From Ignavibacteriota bacterium (GTDB taxonomy: Bacteria > Bacteroidota > Ignavibacteria > UBA10030): a stretch of DNA of 64,000 nt. This document shows positions 50,983 through 62,700 of the stretch, one piece after another. The notes below the pieces were generated by a model, which was not told the DNA's origin, searched no databases, and saw nothing but the letters and a program-made list of their open reading frames with translations. Position numbers and translations under genes: made by a program. Numbering within the stretch: position 1 is the stretch's first letter; each line of letters starts with the position of its first letter. The stretch spans positions 490,562 through 554,561 of the forward strand of contig CAVYML010000003.1 in assembly GCA_963769605.1 (NCBI GenBank). Reading direction: 5' to 3'.

Positions 50983-53900
50983 ATGGAGGATCTGCATATG
51001 CGTAAAATTATAAAGATACTAGCACTCGTAACGGTCACGGCAATCGCTGCCATAGCACTCTTGGAGCAGACGAATATTATCAGTCTTTTCATTGAGCATC
51101 TCCGGCTCTCAGGAATCTTTGTGATCTCACTTGCACTGACTATCTCTCTCTTTTTCGTTTTCGTCTCGTATCGTCGACGCATACGATATTATCACCTGCA
51201 ATACGAAGCTGAAAAAAGGGAAAATCATGCGTATGAAGAGTTGAAGGAAAGCGAAAACAAATTCAGAGAAATATTTGAAGATGCACCAGTGGGATATCAC
51301 GAAATTGATGCAGAAGGCCGCATTGTACAAATGAACCGTACTGAACTTGCGATGTTAGGATATACGCAGGATGAAATGTTGGGAAAATATATATGGGAAT
51401 TTGTCGATGAAGAGGAAGCAATGCAGCAGTCAGTGCTCGCAGCACTGAGCGGGCGAATATCTTCCTCAGCAGATGCGTACGAACGAACATTCCGGCGGAA
51501 AGAAGGAGGAACATTATTTGTTCTCATGGAAGATCGCCTCTTAAGAGACGGCGATGGAGAGATAATTGGTATTCGTACGACCATTGAAAACATCAATGTG
51601 CAAAAACAGACAGAAGAGAGCATTCGGGAAAGTGAAAAAAAATACCGCAGAATCTTTGAAAATATTCAGGATGTCTACTATGAGACATTGATCGACGGTA
51701 CGATACTCGAAGTCAGCCCTTCTGTTGAGATTGTATCGAAAGGACAGTATCACAGAAATGAGCTTATAGGAAAGTCGATGTTCGATCTATATAATAATAT
51801 AGAAGAACGACATGGTCTCCTGTCGGCATTACAAGAGCGTGGAAGTGTTACGGATTACGAAATAACGCTTAAGAACCGGGACGGCTCGCAAATTCCATGT
51901 TCTGTTTCGGCAAAAATCCAATTCAATGCTCAAGGCAATCCGGAAAAAATCTTCGGAAGTATGCACGATATCACCGAACATATGCGAGCGGAAGAATCTC
52001 TGGCAAAAGAGCACAATTTACTTCAAACGCTCATGGACAACATCCCGGACGGTATCTATTTCAAAGATACAGAAAGCCGTTTTATTAAGGTCAACAAGGC
52101 TCAAGCCCGTCACTTACGTTTGACTAATCCTGAAGAAATGATAAACAAGTCGGATTTTGATTACTTCAGTGAAGAACATGCGCGTCCGGCGTATGAGGAT
52201 GAACAGGAAATTATGCGCTCAGGAGAGCCGATAGTAGGGAAAGAAGAAAAAGAGAAGTGGCTCGATGGGAAAGAAGGATGGGTCTCCAGCACAAAGATGC
52301 CTCTCCGTGATCACGAAGGACAAATTATCGGAACATTCGGCTTATCGCGTGACATCACCGATGCTAAACGGATGCAGAGTGCATTAAAAGAAGCCAAAGA
52401 AGCAGCGGAAGCTGCGGTCAAAGCAAAATCGGAATTTCTTGCCGTCATGAGCCATGAAATCCGCACGCCGATGAACGGCGTGATCGGCATGACCGACCTG
52501 CTTGAACGCACCGAACTTACTCCCGAACAAGCGGACTATGTCGATACAATTCGTGTAAGCGGAGAAACCTTACTCTCTGTCATCAACGACATTCTCGATT
52601 TTTCTAAAATTGAATCGAGCAAGATAGAATTAGAGGAAGAGCCGTTTGAATTAAACGTATGCATAGAAGAAGTATTCGATCTTCTTGCGCCCCGTTCACA
52701 GCAAAAGAATTTGGATCTTCTGTATCGGGTCGATCCGGAAATCCCCGAGTTTATTGTGGGGGACCGGCTGCGCTTGCGCCAGATTCTGTATAACCTTGTC
52801 GGTAACGCCATCAAATTCACGGAAAAAGGAGAGATTGTTGTTTCTGTCGGATTGAATCATCAGAACAAAAAAGAGATCGAGCTTCTCTTTGCGGTGAAAG
52901 ATACAGGTATTGGAATTCCTATCCATAAACTTGAAAAATTATTTAAGCCTTTCTCACAAGCGGATTCATCGATAACGCGAAGGTACGGCGGCACAGGACT
53001 TGGCCTGGCAATCAGCATGCGGTTAGTGGAACTCATGGGCGGAAGCATCCGTGCAGAAAGCGTAGAGGGAGAAGGCTCAACCTTTATTTTTATAATAAAG
53101 ACGACTATTCCTCAAAGCGAATTGAATATTTCAAAAACATTTCTTCATGAGAACGAATTTGAACTTGCTAACAAACGTGTGCTTATTGTCGATGATAACA
53201 AAACTAATCTTCAGATCCTCAAAGAATTGTGCCAGGTATGGAAACTCATCCCGCGCACTACTTCTTCGCCGGCTGAGGCTTTAAGATGGATCATGCGGGG
53301 AGATCCGTTCGATCTTGCAATCTTCGATCTTCAAATGCCGGAAATGGACGGTATTCAGCTTGCGACCGAAGTACGAAAACAGCGGCCAAAAGAAGTACTT
53401 CCATTTATTCTCTTTTCATCTCTTGGAACGAATGTCAAAGGATTGAACATACCCGTCGATCTCTTTCAGAAACAGATATTCAAACCGGTTAAACAATCGC
53501 AGCTCTTTGATGCTATTCTGAAAGCTCTTGCAGGAAAAGAATTACTGAGGGAAATAAGAGTTAAAGCTGTTCAAAAAGAATTGACAGAGAATACACCGAT
53601 CAAAATCTTGATTGCGGAAGACGGGATTGCCAATCAAAAGGTTCTCTTGCGGATGTTGAAACAAATCGGCTGCACCGCGGATGTTGTACAAAACGGATTG
53701 GAAGTGATAAAAGCAGTTGAAGCTGTTAGATATGATATCATCTTTATGGATGTGCATATGCCTGAAATGGACGGACTCGAAGCAACAAGGAAGATTGTTA
53801 ATTCCCATTTGGCAAGCGAGCGTCCGAAGATCATTGCGCTTACGGCAGATGCGATGTCCGGAGATAAAGAGAAGTGCATCGAATCCGGAATGGACGATTA

Positions 53901-54042
53901 CATTACCAAGCCGGTACGGTTGGAGGAAGTCATTTCCGCAGTGAAACGCTGGGCTCCGCTTCAGTCAAAACCTGCCGTGGACAATGATGGAAAAAAGAAA
54001 CAGCATGCTGTTGGTGAAACTCCTATTTTCTATCTGGCATGA
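50983..54042 (+). CDS. Hybrid sensor kinase HK2: 2 TM, three PAS, HisKA, HATPase, two receivers.
   Basis: 1019 aa. Collinear with HK1, with 85-90% nt identity over the C-terminal 2 kb. Confidence 0.9.
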   Translation: MEDLHMRKIIKILALVTVTAIAAIALLEQTNIISLFIEHLRLSGIFVISLALTISLFFVFVSYRRRIRYYHLQYEAEKRENHAYEELKESENKFREIFEDAPVGYHEIDAEGRIVQMNRTELAMLGYTQDEMLGKYIWEFVDEEEAMQQSVLAALSGRISSSADAYERTFRRKEGGTLFVLMEDRLLRDGDGEIIGIRTTIENINVQKQTEESIRESEKKYRRIFENIQDVYYETLIDGTILEVSPSVEIVSKGQYHRNELIGKSMFDLYNNIEERHGLLSALQERGSVTDYEITLKNRDGSQIPCSVSAKIQFNAQGNPEKIFGSMHDITEHMRAEESLAKEHNLLQTLMDNIPDGIYFKDTESRFIKVNKAQARHLRLTNPEEMINKSDFDYFSEEHARPAYEDEQEIMRSGEPIVGKEEKEKWLDGKEGWVSSTKMPLRDHEGQIIGTFGLSRDITDAKRMQSALKEAKEAAEAAVKAKSEFLAVMSHEIRTPMNGVIGMTDLLERTELTPEQADYVDTIRVSGETLLSVINDILDFSKIESSKIELEEEPFELNVCIEEVFDLLAPRSQQKNLDLLYRVDPEIPEFIVGDRLRLRQILYNLVGNAIKFTEKGEIVVSVGLNHQNKKEIELLFAVKDTGIGIPIHKLEKLFKPFSQADSSITRRYGGTGLGLAISMRLVELMGGSIRAESVEGEGSTFIFIIKTTIPQSELNISKTFLHENEFELANKRVLIVDDNKTNLQILKELCQVWKLIPRTTSSPAEALRWIMRGDPFDLAIFDLQMPEMDGIQLATEVRKQRPKEVLPFILFSSLGTNVKGLNIPVDLFQKQIFKPVKQSQLFDAILKALAGKELLREIRVKAVQKELTENTPIKILIAEDGIANQKVLLRMLKQIGCTADVVQNGLEVIKAVEAVRYDIIFMDVHMPEMDGLEATRKIVNSHLASERPKIIALTADAMSGDKEKCIESGMDDYITKPVRLEEVISAVKRWAPLQSKPAVDNDGKKKQHAVGETPIFYLA

Positions 54043-54044
54043 GA

Positions 54045-54070
54045 AAGGGTTCGGAGCGATCCGAACCCTT
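54045..54070 (+). terminator. Perfect 11-bp stem hairpin directly after HK2 (candidate terminator, weak T-tract).
   Basis: aagggttcgga-gcga-tccgaaccctt. Confidence 0.4.
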
Positions 54071-54144
54071 ATCTTGTGAGATTCACTCTTCAAGGGAACG
54101 ATCTCTCAAGAAGCTTTAAACAGTGGCGTGTGGTTGAATCCAAT

Positions 54145-54280
54145 GATTTGCTTCCTTTAATGAATTTGCATAATTTCCTACCGTAATCATAAACTCAGAG
54201 AATACTCCTTGCAGTGTAGTTGTGGGGTTCATCATGATCTCTGGACTTCACTCTCCATTTCATACTAATCTGAGTTCACA
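54145..54280 (+). repeat. Conserved intergenic element, copy A, upstream of HK3.
   Basis: About 70% identical to 59565..59700. Shared core (a/g)ctcagagaatactcctt...ggggNtcat...atctct...tctgagtt, with a ctcaga...tctgag inverted repeat. Confidence 0.55.
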
Positions 54281-54479
54281 ATATTCAATATTCAATATAC
54301 AACACATTGAAAATTGTGCATGGCTTTAAAGAACAATTATATATATGAGGGAAAACACAGAATAAGGCATTTACCTATGTCGTAGAGCTGGTAGATTCCA
54401 CGGTCTTTGTGGAAGCATTAAAAAGATGGTGATTTTTGGACGGTTCTCAATTTACCACTACCCTGAAGGATGAAATCTA

Positions 54480-57400
54480 ATGAAAAACAAGTCTATCGAA
54501 ACAATACCGTTGAGAATCTTATTCCTTAACGACTCATCCCGGCGTGCTGAAATTATCAGGAAATTACTCATCAAAGCAGGATATGATCTCAAAGTGGATT
54601 GCACTGCTACCGAAAAAGAATATACGACGCTGCTTCGCAACAATAGGTATGATATTATTTTTTCCGATTTCAAACTTCCCGGATTTGATGCTTTCAAAGC
54701 CTTACGCTTGCATAATGATATCTGTCCGAGTGTTCCGTTTATTTGTATCTCTGGATCCATTGGTGAAGAACTCGCTGTTGAGTTGATAAAACAAGGAGCA
54801 GCAGATTACATTCCGAAGGCTCGACTAGCAAAACTTCCCGCGGCTGTAAAACATGCACTTGATGAAGCAGAGGGGAAAGAAAAACAACGGCAAGCAGAAA
54901 AAGCATTGAATGAAAGCGAAGAACGATTCCGTCAATTGTTTTTTGCTTCTTCTGATGCAATAATGTTGATTGATCCTTCTGACCTTTCCGTCGACTGGCC
55001 AATTGTTGACTGCAATAAAGCCGCGTGCCAGATGAACGGGTATACTCGAGAAGAATTAATTGGTAAGTCAATAAATAATCTCAACATCACTGAGGGAATG
55101 CCTCAAAAGCGAGCGACATACCTAGAAAACGTGAGACGAAAAGGTGTGTTGCATCTGGAAACTTTCCATCGCCATCACGATGGTCATATTTTCCCTATTA
55201 AGGTCTCAACGTCTATCATTACGTATAAGGAACATGAGTTAGTTTTAGAGATTGACAGCAATATTACTGAAGGCAAGCATGCGGAAGAGATCGTTCGGGA
55301 GTCTGAAGAAAGATTTCGAATGGTATTCGAAAATGTGTTTGACGGCATCAGCATTTACAACGAAGATCCCGATCCGTTCAAGAGAAAGCTCATTGATTGT
55401 AATGGACAGTATGCCGCCATGGCAGGCCGAAATCGTGAGGAACTGTTGCAGCACAGCAACACGAAAGAGCTCCAGATAACGCTTGATGAGACGGCAAATG
55501 ATAATCGTTTAGAATCGCTTGCTAAGGGAAAGGCATACCGGGGTCTCTTTTCATGGATCCGACCGGACGGAAAGGATAATATTATCGAATATGTGGGTGT
55601 GCCGGTTACATGGAAGGGTAAATCGTACTCAATCGGGATTGATCGCGACATCACCGAACGCAAACGAGCCGAAGAGGCTCTGCAATTGGAATATAATCGT
55701 CATAAACGGTTTATCGAATCAGATATTATCGGTATGACTATTATGGCCGCCGATGGAAAGATTATTGAAACAAACGATTATTATCTTAACATGCTCGGAT
55801 TTACACGCAAGGAATTCGAGTCCGGAAAAGTTAATTGGCGGGCGATAACACCGACCGAATGGCTGCCTTTAAACGATAAAGCGATGACGGAATTACGTGA
55901 ACGAGGAACTTGCCTGCATTATGAGAAGGAATATAGAAGGAAAGACGGAACGCGTATTCCGGTACTTGTTACATATACCTTACTTCCTGGACCGGAAGAA
56001 CAGATTGGTACATTTGTACTGGATTTAACCGAGCACAAACGGGTGGAGGAATCCTTACGAAAAAGTGAGGCGCAACTACGCGCCGTTCTCGATGCCACGC
56101 CATTTCCCATTGCATTAGTCGATGTTTTAGATAATAATATTGAATACTGGAGCCGCAGCGCTCTTACTCTTTTCGGACATACTGCACCCACCGCAACTGA
56201 GTGGTATCAGAAAGCATACCCGGATCCCGATTATCGGCGCAAGATTATAGATCGATGGAAAGTTTTTTTGGAAAAGGCGAAGATATCCGCTCAAGCGATC
56301 AACACTGGAGAATACCGGGTCACTTGCCGCGATGGATCGGTTCGTATTTGTGAACTCTATGCCGCTTTCGTGGCAGACAGACTTATTGTCACATTCAGTG
56401 ACATCACAGAACGCAAGCAGGCTGAAGAGGAGCTTATTAAGGAACAGAACCTGCTCAGAGCGCTTATGGATACTATGCCCGACCACATCTATTTTAAAGA
56501 TCTCGAAAGCCGTTTTATCAGGGTTAACAAAGCTGAAGCTGCAATATTTGGCATAAGCGATCCCGCCCAGGCTTTGGGTAAAACAGATTTTGACTTCTTC
56601 ACAGAGGAGCATGCCCGTCCGGCATTTGAGGCCGAGCAAGAAATCATAAAAACCGGACAACCCACGATGGGTTTAGAGGAAAGAGAAACATGGCCGGATG
56701 GCCGGGAAACCTGGGTTTCAACAACCAAAGTTCCACTTTATGATAAAGACGGGAAAATCACAGGTACTTTTGGCATCTCCAGAGATATTACTGATCATAA
56801 ACTGATGCAGGAGGAGCTGCGAAAAAATGAGGAACGCTTCCGAAAAATCTTTGAAGAGAGCCAAATCGGCGTCATGCTGTCGGATCCGGATTTCAGGTAT
56901 ATAAAGGTCAATCCTGCATTTTGCAATATGTTGGGCTACACGGCGAGTGAGCTTGCCTCTATGAGTTTCATCGATATCACTCATCCGGATGATATTGGCA
57001 AAGATATTGAGAATATGAGCAAATTGAAAATCGGGGAAATTCCATTCTATAGAACAGAAAAAAGATACCTCCGTAAAACTGGCGAGATTGTTTGGGTAAA
57101 CATCGTGGTAAGCTGTATACGCAATAATAATGGAACGCTTTTATATAATGTGGGCATGATTGAGAACATTACACAACGTAAGCAGGAAGAGCAGGAAATC
57201 AGCAGACTCAACCGTATCTATGCCGTTCTAAGCAATATCAATCAATTGATTGTGCGTGAAGGAGATAGACAGACATTGCTGAATGAAGCGTGCGAGATTG
57301 CCGTTCAAGACGGCGAATTCCAGATGTCGTGGGTTGGGATTTTTGACGCTGAAACAGATTCGTTCCAGCCTGTCGCCAGCGCGGCTAAAGAAAGCGGATA

Positions 57401-59276
57401 CCGGGAACAACTTCACACATCCATAGCTCAAATCATGGCTGGAAGAGAACCATTATGGAGGATTCTCATTGACGGTCAAATTATAATTTGCAACGATATT
57501 GAACATGATGATCGACTGAAATCTCAGCGGGAAAAGACGCTTGCCCTTGGCTATCGCTCTCTGGCTGCATTTCCGCTTCATATCGATGACGAAATCATAG
57601 GGGTCGTAAATTTCTATTCAAGCGAGAAAGACTTTTTTAATGAGGAGGAATTGAAACTTCTTGAAGAACTCGCGTCGGATGTTTCTTATGCGCTTCATTC
57701 CTTAGAATTAGAGGATCAACGGTTGCAAAGTGAAATAAAAATGAAGGAGAGTGAGAATAGATATCGCCGTATTTTTGAGAATGTGCAGGATGTATATTAT
57801 GAGGCATCGATCGACGGTACAATACTCGAAATAAGCCCTTCCATTGAGATGATATCGAAGAAACAATATAAAAGGGACGAACTCATAGGGAAGTCGATGA
57901 ACGAGTTTTATCCCAATAAAGGAGAACGGCAGGCTTTCCTATCGGCAATACAGGAGCGGGGGAGTGTTACGGATTACGAAGTAACGCTGAAAAACCGGGA
58001 CGGTTCAATCATTCCCTGTTCTATTTCAGCAAAATTACAATTTGATGCTCAAGGCAATCCGGAAAAAATCATAGGCAGTATCATTGATATCACCGAGCGC
58101 AAACTGTATCAGAGTCAACTGATGCAGAACCAAAAAGTACAAAGCATCGGCACATTAGCAGGAGGAATTGCACATGATTTTAACAATATACTCGGTATCA
58201 TTCTTGTGTTTACTTCTATTTTGGAACAGTCGGAAGGGGACAAAGAAAAGATATCAAAAAGTACGATAGCAATCAATCAAGCAGTTCATCGCGGTGCGGC
58301 GCTTGTCCGTCAGATTCTGACCTTTGCACGGCAAACGGGTGTATCGATGAAGCCGATGAGGATTCCTGATTTGATCCGCGAACTCGTTGTTATGCTCAAA
58401 GAAACATTTCCCGCAGTAATCGAATTTCAGACGAACGTAGAAATGGATATTCCTATCATCAATGCCGATCAATCACAAATGCATCAGGTTCTGCTGAACC
58501 TTTGCGTAAATGCGAGGGACGCAATGCCGAAAGGCGGTATCATTGGCATTGAAGTAAAAAAAGTCGCATCCGAAACAGTTATCCGGCAATTTCCCAAAGC
58601 CGAAAAAGGCCGCTATATCTCGATCAGCGTCTCTGATACGGGCACCGGCATGGATGAAGCAACAAAAAGTTGTATTTTCGATCCGTTCTTTACAACAAAA
58701 GAACAGGGGAAGGGAACCGGTCTGGGATTATCCGTTGTCTATGGCGTTATTCAGGAACATCATGGTTTTATCTCAGTTGAAAGCGAGATAGGACAGGGGA
58801 CGACATTTCACATGTATCTACCAGTACCACAAGAGGAAAAAAAGCTCAATGATATTGAAAAAGTTAAAACAGAAGCAACTCAGGGCGGATCTGAAACCAT
58901 CCTTTTTGTAGAAGATGAATTGCTTTTACGAGAGGTCGTACAATCGACGCTTGAATCGAACGGTTATAAGGTGCTCATTGCTGCCGATGGTCGTCAGGCT
59001 GTTGAAATCTACAAGAAGCAGTATAAAGATATTTCTCTTGTTCTCACCGATATGGGATTACCCAAGCTGACGGGAATAGATGAATATGCAATGCTCAAAG
59101 AAATAAATCCCAATGTCAAAGTCATTTTTGCAAGCGGCTTTATCTCATTCGATACAAGATCTGAACTCCTTAAAGAAGGAGTGAAAGGATTCATTCTGAA
59201 ACCGTACAATCTTAATGAAGTACTCGAGATGGTGAGAGAGATATTAAATGAGGATAAGAATAACAAGCCGCTCTAA
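54480..59276 (+). CDS. Hybrid sensor kinase HK3: N-terminal REC, multiple PAS, GAF, PAS, HisKA, HATPase, C-terminal REC.
   Basis: 1598 aa. H-box GIAHDFNNILGII. Several PAS modules are near-identical to those in HK1 and HK2. Confidence 0.9.
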   Translation: MKNKSIETIPLRILFLNDSSRRAEIIRKLLIKAGYDLKVDCTATEKEYTTLLRNNRYDIIFSDFKLPGFDAFKALRLHNDICPSVPFICISGSIGEELAVELIKQGAADYIPKARLAKLPAAVKHALDEAEGKEKQRQAEKALNESEERFRQLFFASSDAIMLIDPSDLSVDWPIVDCNKAACQMNGYTREELIGKSINNLNITEGMPQKRATYLENVRRKGVLHLETFHRHHDGHIFPIKVSTSIITYKEHELVLEIDSNITEGKHAEEIVRESEERFRMVFENVFDGISIYNEDPDPFKRKLIDCNGQYAAMAGRNREELLQHSNTKELQITLDETANDNRLESLAKGKAYRGLFSWIRPDGKDNIIEYVGVPVTWKGKSYSIGIDRDITERKRAEEALQLEYNRHKRFIESDIIGMTIMAADGKIIETNDYYLNMLGFTRKEFESGKVNWRAITPTEWLPLNDKAMTELRERGTCLHYEKEYRRKDGTRIPVLVTYTLLPGPEEQIGTFVLDLTEHKRVEESLRKSEAQLRAVLDATPFPIALVDVLDNNIEYWSRSALTLFGHTAPTATEWYQKAYPDPDYRRKIIDRWKVFLEKAKISAQAINTGEYRVTCRDGSVRICELYAAFVADRLIVTFSDITERKQAEEELIKEQNLLRALMDTMPDHIYFKDLESRFIRVNKAEAAIFGISDPAQALGKTDFDFFTEEHARPAFEAEQEIIKTGQPTMGLEERETWPDGRETWVSTTKVPLYDKDGKITGTFGISRDITDHKLMQEELRKNEERFRKIFEESQIGVMLSDPDFRYIKVNPAFCNMLGYTASELASMSFIDITHPDDIGKDIENMSKLKIGEIPFYRTEKRYLRKTGEIVWVNIVVSCIRNNNGTLLYNVGMIENITQRKQEEQEISRLNRIYAVLSNINQLIVREGDRQTLLNEACEIAVQDGEFQMSWVGIFDAETDSFQPVASAAKESGYREQLHTSIAQIMAGREPLWRILIDGQIIICNDIEHDDRLKSQREKTLALGYRSLAAFPLHIDDEIIGVVNFYSSEKDFFNEEELKLLEELASDVSYALHSLELEDQRLQSEIKMKESENRYRRIFENVQDVYYEASIDGTILEISPSIEMISKKQYKRDELIGKSMNEFYPNKGERQAFLSAIQERGSVTDYEVTLKNRDGSIIPCSISAKLQFDAQGNPEKIIGSIIDITERKLYQSQLMQNQKVQSIGTLAGGIAHDFNNILGIILVFTSILEQSEGDKEKISKSTIAINQAVHRGAALVRQILTFARQTGVSMKPMRIPDLIRELVVMLKETFPAVIEFQTNVEMDIPIINADQSQMHQVLLNLCVNARDAMPKGGIIGIEVKKVASETVIRQFPKAEKGRYISISVSDTGTGMDEATKSCIFDPFFTTKEQGKGTGLGLSVVYGVIQEHHGFISVESEIGQGTTFHMYLPVPQEEKKLNDIEKVKTEATQGGSETILFVEDELLLREVVQSTLESNGYKVLIAADGRQAVEIYKKQYKDISLVLTDMGLPKLTGIDEYAMLKEINPNVKVIFASGFISFDTRSELLKEGVKGFILKPYNLNEVLEMVREILNEDKNNKPL

Positions 59277-59377
59277 GACCTTAGGTATATAGTTCTCGCT
59301 GGAAAGGCCTTCAATTACTACTCAAGATTGGGATATCCCGTATATCGTTGAGTAATAGCGAATTTAAATAGTAAAAG

Positions 59378-59409
59378 ACCTTCGCATCTGTTTATGCGAG
59401 GGCTTTTTA
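59378..59409 (+). terminator. Rho-independent terminator after HK3.
   Basis: ccttcgcat-ctgttt-atgcgaggg followed by CTTTTTAT. Confidence 0.5.
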
Positions 59410-59564
59410 TATTATCCCAGCTTATAGTAAGCCCCAATTCGATAACTGCTAAAAGTTCATTCAATTGATTTCGAAGGGCAAGAGGCCGACAAAATTGGAA
59501 ATCAATAGTTTGCAGCGGTCAATGATGTTTAAAAATGCATAAGACTGTTCGCTCATAACTCGAT

Positions 59565-59700
59565 GATTTGCTTTCCTCGGTGAATTCTTGTAACTTTTGC
59601 TCCAAGGTTATAAGCTCAGAGAATACTCCTTATAGTGCGGCCGCGGGGCTCATTGTTATCTCTTGACTATACCGTACTTATTGCTGTAGTCTGAGTTTGA
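59565..59700 (+). repeat. Conserved intergenic element, copy B, upstream of HK4.
   Basis: See copy A. Confidence 0.55.
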
Positions 59701-59718
59701 CGAAGGGATATCATTACC

Positions 59719-62700
59719 ATGAAAAACCCTGGAAAGAAGAACTCCTGGACTGGTTACACTCTCCTTCTGATATTTATCCTCCTGTCGGTATGCATACTCA
59801 TCGGCGGCTATATCGGTTACGTAAACTATAGGCAAAACTATCGTACTGCGGTTGAAAAACAACTTTCGGCCGTGGCAGAATTGAAAGTTGATCAGCTTGA
59901 AGATTGGCGGAACGAACGCTGGGGCGATGGGCTGTTCTTTTACAGGAATGACGAGTTTTCCGCTCTTGTAAAAAGGTTCATAGGGAACCGGAACGATCGG
60001 GGCGCAAAGACGGGAATTTTGACATGGGTAGGACAAGTACAAAGCGCTAATAGATACGATCTCATGATGCTGCTGGATGCACAATTAAATACGATATTAG
60101 TATTTCCGGAGAAGAAGGAACGAGTTCGATTAGTAATCGATCAAAAAAACATTGAAATACTTCTGTCGGGAAATATGGCTTTTCAGGATTTTTATCGAAA
60201 TGATAAAGATCATCGCATTTATTTGAAAGTCCTTATCCCGATTATCGATTCTCACTCTTCAAATCGATTGGCTGCCGTTCTTGCACTCCGGATTAGTCCG
60301 GAGGATAACATTTTTCCTATCATCAAAAAATGGCCCACCCCAAGCCGAACGTCTGAAACTTTAATTATCCGCAGGGAAGGAAACGAAGCGCTGTTTCTTA
60401 ATGATCTTAAATTTCATAGCGATGCGGCATTGAATTTACGGATTCCGTTGGTAAATAAAGATGTTCCCGCAGTGAAGGCAGCGTTAGGCCAGACGGGAAT
60501 TGTCGAAGGTTTAGACTATCGCGGAATTCCGGTCATTGCCGATGTGCGCGCTGTTCGGAATTCCCCCTGGTTCATTATCGCCAAAATGGATATGGAGGAA
60601 ATGAACGCACCTCTCAGAGAAAGATTATGGATGATGGTCATTCTTATTGGCGCTTTACTTGGTAGTGTAGGCGCCTGTGTGGGTTTGGTTTGGCGCCGGC
60701 AGATCGGTCGTTTTCATCGGGAACAGTATAAAGCGGCGGAGACGCTGCGTAATTCAGAGGAACGATATCGCCGGCTCTTTGAAGCGGCGAGAGATGGCAT
60801 TCTGATACTCGATGCTGAAACAGGAATGATCACAGATGTGAATCCGTTTTTGATCGAGATGCTGGGTTATTCGCATGAAGTTTTTTTAGGAAAAAAGATT
60901 TGGGAGTTGGGATTATTCAAAGATATTATAGCTAATCGGGAAAAATTTTTAGAATTACAGTTGAAGGAGTATATCTATTATGAATCTCTGCCGTTAGAAA
61001 CCATCAATGGCCAAACGATCAATGTGGAGTTTGTTAGCTTCGTTTATCGTGTAAATCAATGCAAAGTCATCCAATGCAATATTAGAGACATCACCGAACG
61101 CAAACGGGTGGAGGAAGCGGTACTGGCAAGCGAAGCACGCTATCGGTCTTATATTGAGGCGACAGGTCAAATTGGATGGGTTACTAATGCTAACGGAGAA
61201 GTTGAAGAGGATGTGCCGTCCTTGAGGAAATTTAGCGGTCAGACCTATGAAGAGGCCAAAGGTTCAGGATGGGCTAAAGCCATTCATCCTGATGACCTTG
61301 AGCGAACCTTGCAGGTATGGAATAATGCTGTTGCCACAAAAAGCTTCTATGAGATCGAATACCGCATGCGCAGACATGATGGAGTTTATCCATATCTGCT
61401 GACACGTGGTTTCCCTATATTTCGAGAAGACGGAAGCATCCGGGAATGGGTTGGCACCTGTATCGACATAACCGAGCGCAAACGGGCAGCACAGGAACTG
61501 CAGGAGCGCGATGCCAGATACAAAACGCTTGTTGAGAACATCCCGCAGAAGATTCTCATGAAGGACCGGAATTACATGTGGGTCTCGATCAACGAGAACC
61601 TCGCCCGTGACTTCGGTCGCCGGCCCGAGGAAGTGGTGGGCAAGATGGATGTCGACCTGTTTACGCCGGAACTTGCCGCCAAGTACCATTCCGACGATGT
61701 CAGGATCATGGAGAGCGGGAAGACCGAAGAGTTAGAAGAAAAGTATATGGTAGCCGGGAAAGAAACCTGGGTCAACACTATCAAGACGCCAGTCCGGGAC
61801 AAAAACGGCGATATAGCAGGCCTGCTCGGAATCTTCTGGGATATAACCGAACGCAAGCGGGCAGAGGAAGAGATTAAACGTTTAAACGATGGACTTGAAG
61901 AGAGTGTAAAACAACGTACTATTCAATTACATGATGCACTGGAACTAAATCGAAAAATTATTAATACATCTTCCCTGGGTATTTTTGCTTGTAGAGAAGA
62001 TGGGCCCTGTATCATAGCAAACCCGGCTGTCGCGAGAATATCGGGTGCGTCAGTTGATCAAATGTTGAAAATCAATTTTCGTGAACTCGATTCGTGGAAA
62101 AAGAATGGCTTGTTCTCTAAAGTCGAAATTGCATTGCAGACCCAGGAGGAACAAATGGAGGAAATCCATTTGACTACGGCATTCAATAGAGATGCCTGGA
62201 TTAACTATTACATTACAACGTTCAGAAGTGAGGGCAAATTACATTTCCTAATGACTGTTGAGAACATTACTAAACGCAAACTTGCCGAACAAGAGCGGGA
62301 GGTGCTCGTGCAGCAAATACAGCAACGGTCGTCACTTTTGGAAGCGGCGAATAAGGAATTAGAGGCCTTCAGTTACTCAGTGTCGCACGATCTGCGTGCA
62401 CCATTGCGTCATGTCAACGGATTCGTGGAACTGTTGGGCAAACAATTTCAAGCCGAAATGTCCGAAAAAGGACGGCATTATCTGGATACGATTACAGATT
62501 CCGTACACCAGATGGGTGTGCTGATTGATGATCTGTTGAATTTTTCCAGAAGCGGGCGCGTGGATATGCGTGAATCAACTTTTGAAATGAATCAGATAGT
62601 TAAGGAAGTGTCGGAACAAATACGCCAGGATAATTCTCAGCGCGTTATCGAATGGTCCATAGCTCAGTTGCCATCTGTCCATTGCGACAACGCAATGCTG

